A DNA stretch of 12,983 nucleotides, taken from IMG/VR virus record IMGVR_UViG_3300013285_000009, positions 1-12,983 of that record; one strand, 5' to 3'. Under the pieces are notes generated by a model. It had not been told where the DNA came from, made no database searches, and saw only the letters and a list, made by a program, of their open reading frames with translations. A program made the position numbers and the translations under genes. Shown one piece after another: positions 6,998-12,983 of the stretch (position 1 is its first letter; each line of letters starts with the position of its first letter). Source of the stretch: a virus. Lineage: Duplodnaviria > Heunggongvirae > Uroviricota > Caudoviricetes.

Positions 6998-7923
6998 AAA
7001 GTAAATTGTGGGTAGAAAAATATCGTCCTTCAACAGTTGCAGATTACGTCTTTGTGGATGATAGACTAAAGCAACAGGTTGAGGGTTGGATAAAAGACGG
7101 TATGATACCTCACTTGCTATTGTCAGGTGATCCGGGCACAGGTAAAACCACCCTCGCTAAAGTTCTTATCAACGAACTGGGCGTGTCAGACTATGATGTG
7201 ATGGAAATTAATGCAAGTCGTGAACGTGGTATCGATATTGTCAAGAACAAGATCAACACCTTTGCACAGACGATGCCTTTCGGTCAGTTTAAGATCATTC
7301 TATTAGATGAGGCAGATTACACTACACCGGACTTCCAAGCTGCATTGCGTAGTGATATGGAAGCGTATGCTGATACAGTTCGATTTATTCTTACATGTAA
7401 CTATGAAGTAAAAATCATCCCTGCATTGCGTGAAAGTCGTTGCCACAAGATTCGAATCACTAAGCCAGATCGTAATGAATTTACGGCACGAGCAGCAACT
7501 GTACTGGTAACTGAGAACATTGAGTTTGACTTAGACACACTAGATAGCTATGTTCGGGTCTCGTATCCTGATTTGCGTAAGTGTTTGAATCAATTGCAAG
7601 TGAATAGCAGTACAGGTACATTGCTTCCACCGCAAGCGGCTGGTACTGGTGAAAGTGAACTACTAGTTGAAGCAACAGTGTTGTTTAAGGCAGGCAAGGT
7701 TCTCGAAGGAAGACAACAGTTGCTGCAATATATCGCATTATACCCGACGAGAATCGAAGACACCTATACTTGGATGTATCAGAATCTAGATTTGTGGGGT
7801 AAAGCACAGGAAACACGTGATGCAAGTATTGTCATCATCCGTAATGGTTTAGCATCGCTTCCACTAGTTGGTATAGCTGAGATATCACTGGCAGCAACTT
7901 TAGTGGAGTTGACTTCACTATGA
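6994..7923 (+). CDS. Sliding-clamp loader AAA+ subunit (RFC small subunit / T4 gp44-like)
   Basis: LWVEKYRP (RFC box II), Walker A GDPGTGKT (7126-7149), EINASRERGID, Walker B IILLDEAD, arginine-finger ESRC, sensor DLRKCLNQLQ. Confidence 0.95.
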   Translation: MKSKLWVEKYRPSTVADYVFVDDRLKQQVEGWIKDGMIPHLLLSGDPGTGKTTLAKVLINELGVSDYDVMEINASRERGIDIVKNKINTFAQTMPFGQFKIILLDEADYTTPDFQAALRSDMEAYADTVRFILTCNYEVKIIPALRESRCHKIRITKPDRNEFTARAATVLVTENIEFDLDTLDSYVRVSYPDLRKCLNQLQVNSSTGTLLPPQAAGTGESELLVEATVLFKAGKVLEGRQQLLQYIALYPTRIEDTYTWMYQNLDLWGKAQETRDASIVIIRNGLASLPLVGIAEISLAATLVELTSL

Positions 7924-8189
7924 GGTATTTACTAATTACCTTTCTCCGCAAGCCAGGTGGTCAGATTGATGAACAAGTTGCTATGTCCAAGCGAGTTAAA
8001 ACAACAGACATACAAACCTGTAATGTAATTTTGGACTATGTTAAAAAGAATGTAGACAAATGCGTTATCGAAGGTAACAAGGTTGATACTGACTGGAATC
8101 GGATGAATGAATATTATAGAAAAATCTATCCTACCATGATTGCCCAGCTAGAAAAAGAAGCACTGATCACGGCTAAAGTTAAGAAGTGA
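7920..8189 (+). CDS. Hypothetical protein
   Basis: 89-aa ORF with an ATGA overlap upstream (7920-7923) and a GTGA overlap downstream (8186-8189), consistent with translational coupling. Confidence 0.78.
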   Translation: MRYLLITFLRKPGGQIDEQVAMSKRVKTTDIQTCNVILDYVKKNVDKCVIEGNKVDTDWNRMNEYYRKIYPTMIAQLEKEALITAKVKK

Positions 8190-9103
8190 GCATATTCAAA
8201 GTATCTTTCACCGCCGGCATCTCGCTAGAATATACCCTAGCGGATACTGAGATAGTCGAGTTATGGAAGACCTTAATCATAACTCGAACTAAAGATGATC
8301 TATGCAAAATTAATCACTACGTCGGGAATGCTACTGAATCTGCGTGTATTGCTAAAATTACTCGGTTGTATGAGTTAGCTGATATCATCAATGAGTTAGC
8401 AACTGACCGTGTCATTAAGGTAGAAATCAACCATACTACTTGGCAGAAGGCCCTACATGGAATGCATGTTCACTTTCCTGAGTTAAGAGCCAATGCACAA
8501 TGTTCTAGTGTCTGGCCATGCTTAACGGAGTATAATGACATTATACATTGGTTAGAGGCCTCGTTGCCTCGTATTTGGGGTAATCATCGGGTTGAGTCAG
8601 ATCATAGTTCATTTAGAATTACATTTGATTTTAATAAAGTACCGAACATTGTGTTGTTGCCAGTTCCGGAAAGTGCGTATGAATCATGCGATCCTTTTCT
8701 TTGGTTTGGTCAGTTGGCGCTTCATTATACACATGTGGGAAAACATACCATGGAATTATTTACTAATAATGACTTGATATGCCCCAAGGATCAGTACGTG
8801 CCACAACGTAGATTTGCGTCAAGTGTACGCCTCGGGTTTACTGATAATTTTCATTTAAGTGAAATAGATCGTGCTGAAATGATTGAACGATGGAAACTAT
8901 TCTATGAAGCACGTGGTGGTAAAGATTTTTGGGAATATGATATAGATGACCCTGCAATAGCATTTGGGTATATCAATATCGGTAGACTCACTAAGATAAG
9001 CGTCGATGGTGCAGTAGTTCAGCTGCCGCTTTCTATTCCTGATATGAATTCCTTTCGAAAGAGGTTAAGCAGCACCGCAGTAATCGATTGGGTTATTGAA
9101 TAA
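8186..9103 (+). CDS. Hypothetical protein with His-containing motifs
   Basis: 305-aa ORF with a GTG start overlapping the previous TGA; it ends just before the terminator. No family was recognised. Confidence 0.75.
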   Translation: MSIFKVSFTAGISLEYTLADTEIVELWKTLIITRTKDDLCKINHYVGNATESACIAKITRLYELADIINELATDRVIKVEINHTTWQKALHGMHVHFPELRANAQCSSVWPCLTEYNDIIHWLEASLPRIWGNHRVESDHSSFRITFDFNKVPNIVLLPVPESAYESCDPFLWFGQLALHYTHVGKHTMELFTNNDLICPKDQYVPQRRFASSVRLGFTDNFHLSEIDRAEMIERWKLFYEARGGKDFWEYDIDDPAIAFGYINIGRLTKISVDGAVVQLPLSIPDMNSFRKRLSSTAVIDWVIE

Positions 9104-9106
9104 AGC

Positions 9107-9131
9107 AAAAACGGGACATATGTCCCGTTTT
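9107..9131. terminator. Bidirectional intrinsic (Rho-independent) terminator
   Basis: Perfect 24-bp palindrome AAAACGGGACAT/ATGTCCCGTTTT (9108-9131). The CGGGAC-ATAT-GTCCCG hairpin has a T-run on each strand and sits between two convergent genes. Confidence 0.88.
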
Positions 9132-9146
9132 CACTATATGCCTGAT

Positions 9147-9977
9147 TTATGAATACATCCTCAATACATGTTCGATAATCTTGTGACGCTGAACATCACG
9201 TAGTTCGAATTTACAAGACTTAATGCCCGGTACATCACGCTCTTCGAGTCTGTATAGCAAGTCTAACAACCCATTATCCGCATTGCGTCGATCTGTTTGT
9301 TCGATATCCCCTGTGATTACAATTTTACTGCCTACGCCGATTCGAGTCATAATCATTTTCATTTGACTCGGTGTAGCGTTTTGTGCTTCGTCTAATACGA
9401 TCCAGCTGTGTTTGAAATTTCGACCTCGACAAAATGCTAGTGGCGCGATTTCCACGATTTGTTCTTCTAGCATGTGGGCTATTTCTGCGGCTGAGTAATA
9501 TTCACGTAATACATCTAATAAAGGCCTTGTCCAAGGCTCCATCTTTTGGTTTAAGTCTCCGGGTAAGAAGCCGTGCTTTTCATCATCAACAGCTACTGCC
9601 GGTCTAGTCAATATGATTTTATCACATTCACCTGAACGCATTGCTTTGATAGCTGCTTGCATAGCTAGATAGGTTTTTCCAGTTCCTGCAGGACCAGATA
9701 CGACTACGATATCAGTATCATTGTCTAGTAGTGCGACAATATACTTCTCTTGATTTAATGATTTAGGTATTAGTTCTACGTTTTTAGTACTAACCCTGCT
9801 TACTTTTGGACCAGGTGGTTTGGCAAAATCTATTGTTTTTGACTCGTGTAGGTAAAAAGTTTTTGCATCAGAAATTTTCTTGATGTTGGAGAATCGCGGG
9901 TCGTGCTGCTCACGTATATCACGAGGATCACGTTGAGAGCGAGGTGCACGGGAATTGCTGGATTTATGTTTGCTCAA
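9147..9977 (-). CDS. phoH: PhoH-family ATPase
   Basis: PKSLNQEKY, Walker A GPAGTGKT, IILTRPAV, HGFLPGDLNQKMEPW, PLAFCRGRNF, LDEAQNAT, TGDIEQTDR, DVQRH. TTG start with SD AAGGAG (complement of 9984-9989) 6 nt upstream. Confidence 0.96.
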   Translation of the reverse strand: MSKHKSSNSRAPRSQRDPRDIREQHDPRFSNIKKISDAKTFYLHESKTIDFAKPPGPKVSRVSTKNVELIPKSLNQEKYIVALLDNDTDIVVVSGPAGTGKTYLAMQAAIKAMRSGECDKIILTRPAVAVDDEKHGFLPGDLNQKMEPWTRPLLDVLREYYSAAEIAHMLEEQIVEIAPLAFCRGRNFKHSWIVLDEAQNATPSQMKMIMTRIGVGSKIVITGDIEQTDRRNADNGLLDLLYRLEERDVPGIKSCKFELRDVQRHKIIEHVLRMYS

Positions 9978-10022
9978 TTATTTCTCCTTTTGAAGAGCAT
10001 GAGCACTCATAATGCTCACATT

Positions 10023-10028
10023 TATTTA
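10023..10028 (-). promoter_or_regulatory. TAAATA late-promoter-like motif upstream of phoH
   Basis: Plus-strand tattta at 10023-10028 is TAAATA on the minus strand, 45 nt upstream of the phoH start. The same hexamer occurs at other gene boundaries. Confidence 0.4.
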
Positions 10029-10074
10029 CTACGATGTCCCTACTGTAATATAGTGTAGTTATTGAATTATTTTT

Positions 10075-10152
10075 AATGATAAATATTAGGCTAAGGGTAA
10101 CTCTTTCAAAATCATAGAATCATTGCAATCAGATACAGAATGATAAATACTA
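10075..10152 (+). promoter_or_regulatory. Tandem AATGATAAATAYTA motifs (late-promoter-like) upstream of the 10154 gene
   Basis: aatgataaatatta at 10075-10088 and aatgataaatacta at 10139-10152: 13 of 14 identical, 64 bp apart. Confidence 0.55.
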
Positions 10153-10153
10153 T

Positions 10154-10756
10154 ATGGAAGATAACAAAGCAGATAATTTTTTCAAAGATATTGACTACAC
10201 CAGTATCATCGACACCGTTAAGGGCATCTTTACTAGCGACGGTTCTATTTCCACGCTTCTAGACTTTGAACGTGTATTAGATGAAGCCGATCTTTATGCA
10301 TTTAAGAACTGGGAATTGGGTGAACTAGTAGATGGACCCGAAGTCAAGAAATACACCGTGGTGTGTATGTTCATGTACCCATACAAATTGATGCCTGATC
10401 CTAGGGCAGCAAAGCGCCTTATATCAGTAGGATGCAAGGTTAAATTCAAGAAAACTAAAATCAAGGTACCAGTTAAAGTAGATGATTACAATGACTTTGT
10501 CCCTGGTACAAAATATCCAAAGATGGCTTCTAAAGCAGTTTGGTTAGTTTCGATTGAAATGCCAAATAAACTAATGGGCGATATTAGACAGGGTTCTATC
10601 GACTTGGCTGACCAAACGATTGACCTTGAAGAGCTTGATGATTCGTATGATGAAGACCTCGATCAAGACGAGGGTAATGAAGATGATGGTGAAGATATTC
10701 AAGCCGGCCCTGCCGCCGGCGCAGCACAAATGGGCGGCGCCCCGCTAGCAACTTAA
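10154..10756 (+). CDS. Hypothetical protein with a strongly acidic C-terminal tail
   Basis: 200-aa ORF with a globular-looking core (LLDFERVLDEADLYAFKNWELGELVDGP...MPDPRAAKRL) and the tail LEELDDSYDEDLDQDEGNEDDGED. Confidence 0.82.
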   Translation: MEDNKADNFFKDIDYTSIIDTVKGIFTSDGSISTLLDFERVLDEADLYAFKNWELGELVDGPEVKKYTVVCMFMYPYKLMPDPRAAKRLISVGCKVKFKKTKIKVPVKVDDYNDFVPGTKYPKMASKAVWLVSIEMPNKLMGDIRQGSIDLADQTIDLEELDDSYDEDLDQDEGNEDDGEDIQAGPAAGAAQMGGAPLAT

Positions 10757-10770
10757 ACCAAATACGAATT

Positions 10771-11334
10771 ATGAATAAAAAACTCTTATCCGAAGGCCTT
10801 GATTATCATGATCTGGAAGGCCAACTGCTATCTGTTGTTAGCATTGATGAATATGCAGCACATATGGGTGAAGATAGTGAAATTGTAACGCTTGCCTTTA
10901 CTGTTCGTAGTGAAGCCGCTGGATCAGACTTAGCTGACTGGTTTGAACGCGGTTACGATTGGGTGCTAGATGCTGAAGTAAGTGAAGGTGAAGTTGCGCC
11001 CGGCAAGTACATTGTGTTTGTTGAAATCGTACGCCGCTCTAATTCCCCTGAACGTATTATTGAGTTGCTAACTGACTTAAACACTCTGGCAAATATCCCA
11101 TTAAGTGATTGGACTGTCTCTATCGATAAAGAAGACTTCAATGCAGATGTGGAAGAACTGCGTCAAGTTATCACTATATCCCCTCATGAATATCGTGAAG
11201 ATAAAAACGAAGAAGATACGGCTGATGAAGAAGAGTTAAATGAAATGCGTGAAGCTGCCGGATTACCTGTCAAGAGATTATACCAATCAGATGATGCAGC
11301 CCTTAAGGCATTCAAAGCTCTAGCGGGGTTGTAG
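10771..11334 (+). CDS. Acidic hypothetical protein
   Basis: 187-aa Asp/Glu-rich ORF starting 14 nt after the previous stop; TAG at 11332-11334. Confidence 0.82.
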   Translation: MNKKLLSEGLDYHDLEGQLLSVVSIDEYAAHMGEDSEIVTLAFTVRSEAAGSDLADWFERGYDWVLDAEVSEGEVAPGKYIVFVEIVRRSNSPERIIELLTDLNTLANIPLSDWTVSIDKEDFNADVEELRQVITISPHEYREDKNEEDTADEEELNEMREAAGLPVKRLYQSDDAALKAFKALAGL

Positions 11335-11338
11335 TCCC

Positions 11339-11944
11339 ATGATCCTGCCTGCTAAAACACCGGGCACTCCTATAGCAGCAAACGATGCTGTACATGCTAC
11401 TCTAGTGAACGACCCGGCTATTACGCAATTTACCCCGACAACACCTGTTGCCCAACCTCTTTCGACTCCGCCCTCATCTATAATAACGGCACCGGTCAGC
11501 TTCGGCTCACCGATGAATTCAGGATTCGGTTCTCCTTCCTCTAGTAGCTTCGGCTCACCGATGCCCGGGGGCTTCGGTGGACAACCCGGCATGCCGGGAA
11601 TGAACGGGCAACTCGGAATGGGTATGAATTTAACTTCTGCGTCCCCTATGAATGCAGCCAGTGATGCAGAAGTATTAGTAAAGAATGATGCTGAATCTCG
11701 GCACTGGATTAACAGTAAATGGCGCCCTGCAATGGGATGGTTATATATGGCAACTTGCGCATTTGACTTTATTATTTTTCCTATATTATGGTCAGTATTA
11801 CAAGCTATTAGTAAAGGCTCAGTAACTAGTCAGTGGCAACCAGTCACATTACAAGGCGCCGGATTATATCATATTGCAATGGGTGCAGTTTTGGGTATTG
11901 CAGCATACGGTAGGACAAAAGAAAAGGTCTCCGGATCTGCATAA
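11339..11944 (+). CDS. Putative holin (resembling the GTA 3TM holin type) with a long low-complexity N-terminal extension
   Basis: The C-terminal ~80 aa has hydrophobic helices and the motifs WINSKWRPAMGWLYM..C.FDFIIFP and LYHIAMGAVLGIAAYGRTKEK. The WRP..GW and LG...GRT.EK pattern recalls the 3TM holin family. The exact start is uncertain because no SD is visible. Confidence 0.6.
   Translation: MILPAKTPGTPIAANDAVHATLVNDPAITQFTPTTPVAQPLSTPPSSIITAPVSFGSPMNSGFGSPSSSSFGSPMPGGFGGQPGMPGMNGQLGMGMNLTSASPMNAASDAEVLVKNDAESRHWINSKWRPAMGWLYMATCAFDFIIFPILWSVLQAISKGSVTSQWQPVTLQGAGLYHIAMGAVLGIAAYGRTKEKVSGSA
11498..11563 (+). repeat. 24-nt-period coding repeat (xFGSPxxx three times) with an exact 18-nt direct repeat
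   Basis: agcttcggctcaccgatg at 11498-11515 and 11546-11563, with a diverged middle copy ggattcggttctcct at 11522-11536. Confidence 0.85.
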
Positions 11945-11948
11945 TTAC

Positions 11949-11977
11949 TTGACGTAGAGTAATAATCATGCTATAAT
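11949..11977 (+). promoter_or_regulatory. Near-consensus sigma70 promoter with extended -10, probably giving a leaderless transcript
   Basis: TTGACG (11949-11954), 17-nt spacer, TATAAT (11972-11977), TG at 11969-11970. The ATG at 11984 is 7 nt after the -10 and no SD is present. Confidence 0.88.
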
Positions 11978-11983
11978 TGCTGC

Positions 11984-12766
11984 ATGGATCATTACTCTAA
12001 TTTAGGTGTGGATAAAACTGCTACACCGGACGACATTAAAAAAGCTTATCGAAAGTTAGCAAGCCAACATCACCCTGACAAGGGCGGCAATACTGCTAAA
12101 TTTCAAGAAATACAAACATCATATGATACACTAAGCGATCCTCAAAAACGCGAAGAGTATGATAATCCTTCGCCGTTCGGTCCTCAATTTGGATCCCAAC
12201 AAGCGAATCCGTTTGCGAACATGCAGGACATATTCGGGCACATGTTTAGACAACATACACACCGGCCACAACAGCAGCAAGTTTACCGAACAAGTGTTTG
12301 GATCACACTTGACCAAGTCTATTCAGGTGGGAACCAAGTACTTAAACTACAAACACAAACCGGTACACATAACGTAACAATCGGCATACCTGTGGGTATT
12401 CAAGACGGTGGTCAAGTTCGGTGTGAAAATGTAATAGACGGTGCATCATTGCTAGTTGAATTTAGAATATCACCTCACTTAATTTATACTCGTAAAGGAA
12501 ATGACTTAGAATGTAATCAATCTATATCGGTGCTTGACTTAATTGTCGGTACATCATTCGAGTTTACTACACTGTCAGGTAAGACATTAGAAGTAAAAGT
12601 TCCACCGAAGACCCAGCCGTATGTACATTTAAAACTTGCAGGTTACGGACTACCTATCTTAAATTCAAATGCGTTCGGTGACCAAATAATCTTGCTAAAA
12701 TTGTTTGTACCGACTACAATAGATGATAGGATAATTTCTATCATCCTAGAATCTCAAGCTAAATAA
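11984..12766 (+). CDS. dnaJ: DnaJ/CbpA-like co-chaperone (J-domain plus C-terminal substrate-binding domain, no zinc finger)
   Basis: DHYSNLGVDKTATPDDIKKAYRKLASQHHPDKGG...FQEIQTSYDTLSDPQKREEYD is a J-domain with HPD. A G/F/Q-rich linker and a DnaJ_C-like region (IPVGIQDG, RKGNDL, GYGLP, GDQII) follow. No CxxCxGxG repeats. Confidence 0.93.
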   Translation: MDHYSNLGVDKTATPDDIKKAYRKLASQHHPDKGGNTAKFQEIQTSYDTLSDPQKREEYDNPSPFGPQFGSQQANPFANMQDIFGHMFRQHTHRPQQQQVYRTSVWITLDQVYSGGNQVLKLQTQTGTHNVTIGIPVGIQDGGQVRCENVIDGASLLVEFRISPHLIYTRKGNDLECNQSISVLDLIVGTSFEFTTLSGKTLEVKVPPKTQPYVHLKLAGYGLPILNSNAFGDQIILLKLFVPTTIDDRIISIILESQAK

Positions 12767-12785
12767 TTTAAAGGATAATATAACA

Positions 12786-12983
12786 ATGAATAACTCCCCT
12801 GAGATTGAGTCAATCATCGAACAGGCAATTACTTTTGCCAAAGCTCGTAAACATCAGTATTGCACCACAGAGCATTTATTGCTTGCACTAATAAGTCATC
12901 CACCGTTTAAGAAATGTTTAATTGGTTTCGGTGCCGACTTAGATAATCTCACCAAAGAAGTAGCTGCGTATTTAGACAGCCTT
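12786..12983 (+). CDS. clpA: ClpA/ClpB-family AAA+ chaperone, N-terminal domain (3'-truncated; absent from the ORF track)
   Basis: Manual translation gives MNNSPEIESIIEQAITFAKARKHQYCTTEHLLLALISHPPFKKCLIGFGADLDNLTKEVAAYLDSL, a Clp_N motif (A..A...H.Y.T.EHLLLAL). SD-like aaagga at 12770-12775; TAAATA at 12760-12765. ClpA versus ClpB/C cannot be settled from this fragment. Confidence 0.85.
   Translation, partial: MNNSPEIESIIEQAITFAKARKHQYCTTEHLLLALISHPPFKKCLIGFGADLDNLTKEVAAYLDSL

Noticed and set aside
6060-8777. Alternative-frame ORFs 6060-6440 (-), 7481-7675 (-) and 8592-8777 (+)
   Set aside because: They overlap stronger genes, have no motifs or RBS, and appear to be by-products.
9978-10153. 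Pho box or Fur box upstream of phoH
   Set aside because: No CTGTCAT-type tandem repeat is present. AATGATAAAT resembles only part of a Fur box and lacks the inverted half.
10703-10720. GC-rich hairpin gccggc-cctgcc-gccggc as a terminator
   Set aside because: It lies inside coding sequence (AGPAAG), has no U-tract, and the next gene follows closely.
10953-12377. ORFs 10953-11141 (-), 11320-11592 (-), 12131-12316 (-) and 12159-12377 (+)
   Set aside because: They are nested in or antisense to better-supported genes. The 11320-11592 ORF simply mirrors the Pro/Gly-rich repeat region.

Overview
A gene-dense segment that reads as part of a large (probably jumbo) tailed-phage genome in the standard genetic code. 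All genes are on the + strand except phoH. Positions 1-5324 form a structural module: a 5'-truncated repeat-rich fibre-like protein, a GH19 lysozyme/chitinase, an 827-aa Ig-repeat protein, a 346-aa putative virion protein and a small helical protein. Next is a stand-alone 168-aa fragment of DNA polymerase III alpha (DnaE) that stops just before the catalytic aspartates. A tightly coupled run follows (hypothetical, GroES-like, hypothetical, RFC/gp44-type clamp loader, two hypotheticals), ending at a bidirectional terminator shared with a convergent phoH. The rest holds two acidic hypotheticals, a putative holin with an FG/Pro-rich N-terminus, a DnaJ/CbpA-like protein and the start of a ClpA/ClpB-like gene. 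Two promoter classes are visible: near-consensus sigma70 promoters placed to give leaderless mRNAs (mini-dnaE, dnaJ), and TAAATA late-like motifs at gene boundaries. The most unusual items are the mini-DnaE, a ~90-aa module inserted into two adjacent structural genes, and the leaderless promoter pair. All family assignments come from motif recognition by eye; no searches were run.
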